From Clostridia bacterium (GTDB lineage Bacteria > Bacillota > Clostridia > Oscillospirales > CAG-272): 64,000 nt of DNA. The stretch spans positions 4,107 through 68,106 of the forward strand of contig JAFQEK010000034.1 in assembly GCA_017399025.1 (NCBI GenBank). Reading direction: 5' to 3'. Under the pieces are notes generated by a model. That model saw only the letters and a program-made list of their open reading frames with translations, was not told the DNA's origin and searched no databases. This document shows positions 1 to 6,962 of the stretch, piece by piece (the first letter of the stretch is position 1; every line of letters starts with the position of its first letter). The translations under genes and the position numbers were made by a program.

Positions 1-1233
1 AGTCGGTGTATAAAGACCGCACAAAAGCTTGACAACGGTTGTTTTACCGGCACCGTTCAAGCCAACCAGAGCAATCCGTTCTCCTGCTTTCACGGTAAAG
101 GAAATCTCATGAAGCGTATCGGTTTCCGCGCCGTCATAACGGAAGGAAACATGATCAAAGGTAATTTCGGGCGCATGCTTCAAATGCTCCGTAATCTGTT
201 CTTCGCCCGTTCCGTCATATTCGGGTAAATTCAGGAATTCACGCAAATCGCAAAGAGATAAGCTTGTGGAATGTAAATGATTCCAGCTTCCGAGAATCCG
301 TCCGATAAAGCCCGCAAAGGAGGAAATTGCGGCAAAATATAAAACAAATTCATCCACGGTAATTTCACCGCGAAGCGTCATGGCAATCAAAAGCGCGTAA
401 GCTGCACCGTCACGAATGAGAATTATCACGAGATTGGCAATTCCGGAGAGAAACTTTCGTCCAACGCGCTGTCTGTCCCATACTGCATATTCACGGTTCA
501 GGGATTGAAACATATCCGTAAACCAATCCGTCATGCCGTAAATCCGAATATCCTTTCCTGCTGCAAAATCGGCAGGCTTCGTCTGCACGTACCAAAGCTT
601 ACGGGACGTATCCGTCCATTTATCCCGATTGGCATATTCCCATTTATTGTAAGCGCGCACGCACATCCAGTTGACAATGGGCGCAACTGTCAGAATCGGC
701 ACAAGCAGGGGATGGACCAAGGAAACCACCGAGCCAAACAAAAGATAGCACAGTACGTTTTTGATCAGCTCCGCCGTATGCTCAGGCATATCCGAAATCG
801 GCTGTACGCCATTCCACATTTGCGTTGTTTTACTTGCTCTGTCATAAAGATCCCGCACCTCTTTCTTTTCAATTTGCTGGTAGAAACAGCCAAGCGCCTT
901 TCGATCGATCATTTCCGAAATACTCCATCGGTAATTCGAAAGATAACCTCCCTGCATGCAGGAAAAAGCCTCCGTAAGCATCTTGCACAGAAAAACAGAA
1001 AGCATGATCAAGCCAATCGTAAGCGCCGCCTTTGCCAATGAAGAGCCTGCCGTCACCTCCTTGACAACAAGGGAAGGCAACAGAATTCCCATATAGCTTT
1101 GTACTACGGCAAGCGGAATGCCTGTCATCAGAAGCAAAAATGACTTCGGTGCAAATTTCAGTTGATGGCGAAATGCCCATACAGCATTGCTGAATACGGA
1201 GCGATACGGCTTCTTTTTCATTTTCTTTTTCAA
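1..1233 (-). CDS. ABC exporter, fused permease/ATP-binding protein (runs off the left edge of the window)
   Basis: Hand translation from TTG 1233 (RBS AAGGAGG): MKKKMKKKPYRSVFSNAVWAF..., several TM segments, and Walker A GLNGAGKTT near positions 40-65. Absent from the ORF track because its stop lies outside the window. Confidence 0.9.
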   Translation of the reverse strand, partial: MKKKMKKKPYRSVFSNAVWAFRHQLKFAPKSFLLLMTGIPLAVVQSYMGILLPSLVVKEVTAGSSLAKAALTIGLIMLSVFLCKMLTEAFSCMQGGYLSNYRWSISEMIDRKALGCFYQQIEKKEVRDLYDRASKTTQMWNGVQPISDMPEHTAELIKNVLCYLLFGSVVSLVHPLLVPILTVAPIVNWMCVRAYNKWEYANRDKWTDTSRKLWYVQTKPADFAAGKDIRIYGMTDWFTDMFQSLNREYAVWDRQRVGRKFLSGIANLVIILIRDGAAYALLIAMTLRGEITVDEFVLYFAAISSFAGFIGRILGSWNHLHSTSLSLCDLREFLNLPEYDGTGEEQITEHLKHAPEITFDHVSFRYDGAETDTLHEISFTVKAGERIALVGLNGAGKTTVVKLLCGLYTPT

Positions 1234-1270
1234 ATCAATTACCTCCTTCGGGTTCGTTTTTTACATTTTC

Positions 1271-1338
1271 AGTATAACACGAAAAAATGAAAAAAACAAA
1301 AACGTGCACGAATCGCATTTTTTCGCGCACGAATTGCA
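1271..1338 (-). promoter_or_regulatory. Extended -10 promoter with tandem direct repeat (putative LytTR binding site)
   Basis: TGtTATACT at 1271-1279 (minus strand) with no good -35. GCACGAATYGCA at 1306-1317 and 1327-1338, a 21-bp period. Confidence 0.7.
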
Positions 1339-1340
1339 AA

Positions 1341-1991
1341 TTATTCTATGGCAGGCACCAAAAATTCCGAAGTAAAGGCACCGTCTTCGCTGTTATATTT
1401 TACCCATCCCCCGTGTTCATGCAAAATGGCTTCCGCACGCCGGAGTCCAAAGCCATGCATTCCGTCCTTATGGGAAGAAAACAAGGAACCCTTCTTGATC
1501 TTTTTTTCTCCGGAAGCATTCATCATGGAAAAATAGAGCATATTTCCCTTCATCGTCATATAAATGCGGATAAACCGATCTCCCTTTGCCATACGGCAGG
1601 CTTCGATCGCATTGTCCAAAAGGTTTCCGATGACGATACTCAATTCCACATCCGGAACGGTTAAAGAATCCGGCACATTTGCTTTTATCGTAACGGCAAT
1701 ATTTTCCGCCTTTGCCTGCGAAATCTTTGCCGATAAAATGGCATCCAAGGATACGTTACCCGTTTTGAGAAGCGTATCCATATTCCTGAGCTGTCTGTCA
1801 AGCTGTTCGATATAAGCAAGCGCACGGTCAACTTCTCCTGCTTCAAGCTGACCTTTCAGGGTTTGCAGATGATGGTGGAAATCGTGCTTATAACCGCGCA
1901 TTTCTTTATGAATGCTGCGCACCTCGCCGAGATGCTTTTCGGATTGCTCCGTTTGATATTCCACAAGCTTCAAATAGGTTTTCTTTCTCAT
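1341..1991 (-). CDS. GHKL (AgrC-like) histidine kinase lacking an N-terminal TM sensor
   Basis: H-box RGYKHDFHHH, N-box IGNLLDNAIEA, G-box HGFGL. RBS GAGG. 216 aa with no hydrophobic segment. Confidence 0.88.
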   Translation of the reverse strand: MRKKTYLKLVEYQTEQSEKHLGEVRSIHKEMRGYKHDFHHHLQTLKGQLEAGEVDRALAYIEQLDRQLRNMDTLLKTGNVSLDAILSAKISQAKAENIAVTIKANVPDSLTVPDVELSIVIGNLLDNAIEACRMAKGDRFIRIYMTMKGNMLYFSMMNASGEKKIKKGSLFSSHKDGMHGFGLRRAEAILHEHGGWVKYNSEDGAFTSEFLVPAIE

Positions 1992-1999
1992 ATTTTCCT

Positions 2000-2701
2000 C
2001 TAATTACGCGCAATAAACGCACGGTTGATATCATTATATTTTCCTCTTGCCAGAGGAATCTCCGTTCGGTCATCCAGTAAAACACACGTGCGCGAAATAC
2101 GTACGATATGCTTCAAGGAGACAAGATAAGAACGGTGCGCCCGAAAAAAATCTTCACTGAGCTTTTCTTCAAAAAAAGATATGCTTTCTTTCAGTTTATA
2201 CTCTTTTTCCCTCGTATGAATTACGATATAATGCAAAAATGATTCCGTATATAAAATTTCGGATTCATAAAGCTTGACGGTTTCTCCGCCGCAGGTAATG
2301 ACGACGGACGGCGGTTCAACGGAAAGCTTTTCCGCAGCCTTGGAAAGAACCTCGCAAAGCTTTGCCTCGGAAATCGGTTTCACCAGATAATGCAGTGCAT
2401 CCACCTCATAGCCTTCTCCAGCAAATTCAAAATGAGAGGTAATAAAAATAATTTCCGCACGGTTATTTTCTTTTCGGATTCTTTTCGCAAGTGAAATTCC
2501 CGAAATCTCTCCCATTTCCACGTCCAAAAGCAAAATATCATAAGAACTGTCGCTTTCATATTCAAAAAGAAATTCTTCGGCAGAGAAAAACGTACGAAGT
2601 TCACACCGATGCCCTTCTCGTTCACTCCAATCCCTCACAACAGTGCTTATTTTTTCTGTCTGACTCCGTTCATCATCCAAAATCGCAATATTCAATCTCA
2701 T
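2000..2701 (-). CDS. LytTR-family response regulator
   Basis: Receiver motifs IAILDDE, LLLDVEM, YLVKP. LytTR motif FFRAHRSYLV. ATG 2701 follows GGAG. Confidence 0.93.
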   Translation of the reverse strand: MRLNIAILDDERSQTEKISTVVRDWSEREGHRCELRTFFSAEEFLFEYESDSSYDILLLDVEMGEISGISLAKRIRKENNRAEIIFITSHFEFAGEGYEVDALHYLVKPISEAKLCEVLSKAAEKLSVEPPSVVITCGGETVKLYESEILYTESFLHYIVIHTREKEYKLKESISFFEEKLSEDFFRAHRSYLVSLKHIVRISRTCVLLDDRTEIPLARGKYNDINRAFIARN

Positions 2702-2821
2702 AAATTTCTCCAATCGCTTCGATTATTTTCAGTATAGCATAAACATCCCGTTTTTACAAGAATATCCCAAAAAATCCGTTTTCCGTTCACAAAAAATTTA
2801 GAAATCATCTGTACTTCTCTA

Positions 2822-2850
2822 TTGACTTACGCTTGAATTTAGGATATAAT
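2822..2850 (+). promoter_or_regulatory. sigmaA promoter
   Basis: TTGACT-N17-TATAAT. Confidence 0.75.
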
Positions 2851-2887
2851 AAATAATTAGAGATTTTATTTTTGCGGAGGTGATTTT

Positions 2888-3865
2888 TTGTCAGAGTATT
2901 ACAGCAATGCCGATAATTACGAAGAGGAACTGATATATCGGGACAAATCCACCATTGAAAAGATTTTCAGCATGCGCACACTGAAAACCATTCTGAAATC
3001 CATCATGTGGGTGCTCGTTGTGATTGTGTACGGTATGATTTTTTTCAGACTTTGCACGGGCAAACCGCCGAAAAGCGTTTCCGGCATTCTCTGGACAGAG
3101 GATGTAATGGCAGCTTACGGAGAATATGGAAATAACATTTTGATTTACAGCCACGAACCCGTTGAACACATCGCAGAAGACGGTGTTTCGGGAATTTACG
3201 ATATCGTTTATGTCCCCGCAGCAAAAACCTTGCAGATGACCGTTCGTTATAATAAAAACCTCGCTGAGGATTATTACGAAAACGAATTGCAAAAACGCAG
3301 AAATGACATTGAAGACAGCGTGATCAAATCCGAAGGCTATGACCGCGCACAGCTTTCAACCCTGACGGATGAACAGCGTGAAAAATACAACGCGCTGATT
3401 GAAGAGAGACTCGCCGCCTCCCTTGCGGAAAACCCCATTGACGTTTCAGACTCACAGTATCCTTTCGTTTTCGTTCTGCGCGATAACTACGGAAAAGTAT
3501 ATACCACGTACGAGTACATCGCAGATACCAAAACGCTTTACTACTATCAAAGACTTTCCTTTGAAGGTATTGATCTTTTCGGAGACGGACAGGTTTCCCC
3601 CGAAACGCTCTATCCCTCTCCCAAACCGGAAAATCCCGCTTATATTTTCAAAGGTCCTCACGCCAGTGAAAGCAATGCCATCACATATCTCTATCTGGAT
3701 ATGTATTATGAAAAAGATGTCGATGTTTATGCGGAAGCATTCTCCTATCCTCTCCAGGTATATGTTTCGGAGGTAAGACTGGAACCGTACGATTTTTCCA
3801 AGGAGCTTCCCGCCGCACTTACCGAAGGGCTGAATAAAATCACCGTGGAAAATTCCAAACCTTAA
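2888..3865 (+). CDS. Hypothetical single-pass membrane protein
   Basis: 325-aa ORF, TTG start after GGAGGTG, one N-terminal TM segment. Confidence 0.8.
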   Translation: MSEYYSNADNYEEELIYRDKSTIEKIFSMRTLKTILKSIMWVLVVIVYGMIFFRLCTGKPPKSVSGILWTEDVMAAYGEYGNNILIYSHEPVEHIAEDGVSGIYDIVYVPAAKTLQMTVRYNKNLAEDYYENELQKRRNDIEDSVIKSEGYDRAQLSTLTDEQREKYNALIEERLAASLAENPIDVSDSQYPFVFVLRDNYGKVYTTYEYIADTKTLYYYQRLSFEGIDLFGDGQVSPETLYPSPKPENPAYIFKGPHASESNAITYLYLDMYYEKDVDVYAEAFSYPLQVYVSEVRLEPYDFSKELPAALTEGLNKITVENSKP

Positions 3866-3875
3866 ATTCGCAAAA

Positions 3876-4246
3876 AACCGACCGTGCCGAACAATCGCGC
3901 GATATGTTGCCGAAAGGTATTATCGTGAGGAAAGTCCGGGCTTCACAGGGCAGGATAACGGATAACGTCCGCCGGAGGCGACTCCCGGGAAAGTGCAACA
4001 GAAATAAACCGCCGCTTTATGCGGTAAGGATGGAAAGGCGAGGTAAGAGCTCACCGACAGACAGGTAACTGCCTGTGCCATGTAAACCCTATCCGAAGCA
4101 ACACCCCGCAGATTTTGGTCTGCCCGGCCGAGCGAAAGCTCTATGCGCGGTGGCAATAAGGGGCAACCCCTTATGAGCTGTTTGGTAACAAACAGCAAAG
4201 ATAGATGATTGTTCTCGACAGAACCCGGCTTACAGGACGATCGGTT
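3876..4246 (+). ncRNA. rnpB: RNase P RNA (bacterial, type A-like)
   Basis: GAGGAAAGTCCGGGC, AGTGCAACAGAAA, GGTAAGAGC, GTAAACCC and ACAGAACCCGGCTTA present. Ends AACCGACCG / CGATCGGTT close P1. Confidence 0.97.
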
Positions 4247-4264
4247 TTTATATAAAAGCAAAAT

Positions 4265-4299
4265 TACCGTCAATGAGGTCTCTTGTTGACGGTATTTTT
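4265..4299 (+). terminator. Intrinsic terminator of rnpB
   Basis: TACCGTCAA...TTGACGGTA followed by a T-run. Confidence 0.75.
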
Positions 4300-4344
4300 C
4301 AAAATAAAAGACATTAAACGGTATGATTGAAAGGGAGACGCAAA

Positions 4345-4680
4345 ATGAAAAAAGCAATAAAATGGATCGGTGCATGCTGTATTGCCTGTGTTATCATTCT
4401 CGGCATATATTTTTCCATACAGCCGAAAACGCTGGATTTCCGCGGTACGGTAAACAAAATCGAAAATACAGGCGACGATACGATTTTTTATATATCTGAT
4501 GACGGCACGGGGGCTTATATCGTCATAGCAGACGGTCAAACGAAAATATCCTATTGCTGTAAAGATGATCCCGATATAGAATTGAAGGATATCTGCGTGG
4601 GCAATGTCATTGAAGGAAATTACCGCTTGCTTTCAAAAAACCGCAAAGCAAAGATGATAACCGTAGAATACCATAATTAA
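4345..4680 (+). CDS. Small hypothetical exported or membrane-anchored protein
   Basis: ATG 4345 after GGGAG, N-terminal hydrophobic helix, beta-rich C-terminus. 111 aa. Confidence 0.75.
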   Translation: MKKAIKWIGACCIACVIILGIYFSIQPKTLDFRGTVNKIENTGDDTIFYISDDGTGAYIVIADGQTKISYCCKDDPDIELKDICVGNVIEGNYRLLSKNRKAKMITVEYHN

Positions 4681-4711
4681 AAAGCAAACTTGAAACAGAA
4701 ATTTCTGTTTT

Positions 4712-4743
4712 TACCGTCAAAAAATTTTTGACGGTATTTTTTT
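4712..4743 (+). terminator. Intrinsic terminator with the same stem as the rnpB terminator
   Basis: TACCGTCAAAAAATTTTTGACGGTA followed by a T-run. Confidence 0.75.
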
Positions 4744-4876
4744 GCCAAAAATAAACCGTCCGCTTTTAGGATGGTTCTAATAGGAATATTTACAAATTTT
4801 TTCAGAAAGACTTTTCTTTCTGAAGATTTTGTGTTATAATGGAACTAATAAAGAGCCTCCCTCCGAGAGTAATGTC

Positions 4877-5169
4877 ATTTAGTTAAGAAAAACTTCTGTC
4901 TGTTGCCGAAAGTTTACGGTTTGTTTGCCTTCCCTTGCGCACCGATTTGAGAATCGGTGCGCAAGGGGGACCATTATGCTGCTTTAGCGGCAAAATAGTG
5001 GATGAGTAGTCAGTTTGCTACGCAAACATGCAAAAATATTTTGCATTTACACCTCATCCGCCTCTCTTCCAATTCAAGAATCGGGAGGCACCTTCCCCCG
5101 CTGGGGAAGGCTAACTAAATCTCTGCCATCGGCAATCAACAAACACTTGTTAAAAATCCTTAACTAAAT
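4877..5169. repeat. REPIN/MITE-like nested palindromic element
   Basis: Terminal inverted repeat ATTTAGTTAAG (4877-4887) / CTTAACTAAAT (5159-5169). Internal 16-bp perfect hairpin at 4932-4967, GGATGAG/CTCATCC pair, and CCTTCCCC-cgct-GGGGAAGG at 5091-5110. Confidence 0.65.
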
Positions 5170-5262
5170 CCGAGAGGAATCCTTGGGGCGCTCTTGTATG
5201 CCTTCAAGGGTATAGGCTTGTCCGATGCGTTTGTAATACAAAAATAAAAAGGAGGATTATAT

Positions 5263-5790
5263 ATGAATAACAATTGGCTGGTTGGTCTAAAGAATTTTGT
5301 CATTGGAACAATGCTGACAGTTGTCCTATGGGGATTGTCGGGTTTTATATCGAATTTATTGATGGGATTTATGGATCAATGGGGGATAATTGAATTATAC
5401 AGGCTCATCATATTCGTTTTCTATTGGTTTATTTTAAATTGGTGGATCTATGGCACATCTGAAAAACAACGCCGATATTTGGAGTCTTTACCGAGAGACC
5501 ACAAAATTACGTTGAAAGAAGATTATTTCGTGTTTTTAAAGCAAGAAGCTTTGCCGATCATAGTGTATTACACCATCGGTCTGTCTTTGCAGGTTTTCGT
5601 TTTCGGTTTTATAAAAGGTTATTTTCAAACATTTTTCGTAATATTGGCACCGATAGGTTTAGAACTGTCCAAGATTGGGAATTGGATTCTTTCTTTTGTT
5701 CTGTTTGTTATTGGTTATCAAGCAATCGCAATCTTTTACAGATGGCGCATTCGAAAAGAGCGATATCACTTTTTGTTTGAACATAATTAA
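5263..5790 (+). CDS. Hypothetical multi-pass membrane protein
   Basis: RBS AAGGAGG, about 4-5 TM segments, terminator-like hairpin at ~5805-5838. Confidence 0.8.
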   Translation: MNNNWLVGLKNFVIGTMLTVVLWGLSGFISNLLMGFMDQWGIIELYRLIIFVFYWFILNWWIYGTSEKQRRYLESLPRDHKITLKEDYFVFLKQEALPIIVYYTIGLSLQVFVFGFIKGYFQTFFVILAPIGLELSKIGNWILSFVLFVIGYQAIAIFYRWRIRKERYHFLFEHN

Positions 5791-5873
5791 GTTTATCATA
5801 ATAAAAAATGCTCGTCGCAATTTTGAGACGGGCATTTTGTTTAAATATAGAACATGCAGAAAAGATTTTTCGA

Positions 5874-6887
5874 TTAGATCAGACTTTCTTTTCTCAACTC
5901 TCTCAAAAGATTTTCCGCATAAAAGCCGAATCCGAGATCATTGGGATGTAAAATCTGATCCGCAAAAAAGTCGGAAATATGAGGTGTCAGACGGAAGCCG
6001 TCCACAACGAAAAGTCCGTTTTCCTCCGCAAGCTCTTTCAATGCGGCAACAGATGACTCAAATTCACCGACGGGAGTTTCTTCCTGTGTGCCAAACGGCT
6101 TTTTGGAATCTCCTCTCCAGATCGGAGCAATATAAACGAGCTTTTTATCGGGATAAATAGCTTTGATTCTCCCAAAAAACGCTTCCGCCGCCATTAAAAA
6201 CGCTTCCCTGTCCGGCTGAACAGCCCAATCGTTCGTACCGTAAGCCACAATCACCAGATCGGGATCAAAAGGAAGATCTTCATCCAGAATTTTTGCATCA
6301 AAAATTTCGCCGCCGACTGCCTGGTTGAGAATTTCCGCATCCAAGACTCCCGAAAGACGGTTGACGTAGGATAAAGAGGAATGGTAGGCATCGTAGCCCT
6401 GCGTAATGGAGTCTCCAAGGCAAAGAATTTTCATTTTGGACGAAACGGATTCGGCAAAGTTAGCGCCTGTAAGACAGATGTTGGCAAGATCCATGCGCAT
6501 GAGATTCGGGAAATAGACAGTCAAGCGATGCGTACCCTCGGGTAACGCAAATGAAACATGACCGCTCTTTTTTCTTAAAAAATTCATAACATACATCTGA
6601 TCGCAGAAAATGCCGTCGATATAAAGATCGACAGAATAGAAGGTACGGCTGGAGGCGGCGAACACACGGAAATCAAAGGAAATTTCTTCCGCATCGGTTA
6701 TGCAGTCCAGCTTCATTCCCGCGGTGGCGCGGGTTTTCGGATAGAATGTATCAGGGGTTTTTTCAAAATAATAAATGCTTTGTTGATTCGTAAATCGTGA
6801 AAAGCGGAACCAGCCGTCCTCGCAGAAAAAAGATACGAAGCCTTTGAGCATTTCACACAACTGTTTTTCTCTGATTTTAATATTCAT
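5874..6887 (-). CDS. SGNH/GDSL hydrolase (esterase)
   Basis: Blocks GDSITQG, NQAVGG, GTND, DQILHP. ATG 6887 follows AGGAG. Confidence 0.9.
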   Translation of the reverse strand: MNIKIREKQLCEMLKGFVSFFCEDGWFRFSRFTNQQSIYYFEKTPDTFYPKTRATAGMKLDCITDAEEISFDFRVFAASSRTFYSVDLYIDGIFCDQMYVMNFLRKKSGHVSFALPEGTHRLTVYFPNLMRMDLANICLTGANFAESVSSKMKILCLGDSITQGYDAYHSSLSYVNRLSGVLDAEILNQAVGGEIFDAKILDEDLPFDPDLVIVAYGTNDWAVQPDREAFLMAAEAFFGRIKAIYPDKKLVYIAPIWRGDSKKPFGTQEETPVGEFESSVAALKELAEENGLFVVDGFRLTPHISDFFADQILHPNDLGFGFYAENLLRELRKESLI

Positions 6888-6962
6888 TTTTCTCTCCTGA
6901 ACCAAAGAGCGAGCGCATAAAACGCTCGCTCTGTTATTTTTAGTCAAATTCAAACGATCCGA

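Noticed and set aside
3920-4375. 151-aa minus-strand ORF
   Set aside because: Antisense to the RNase P RNA.
4851-5195. CRISPR array interpretation of the hairpin-rich region
   Set aside because: No regularly spaced direct repeats and no cas genes in the window.
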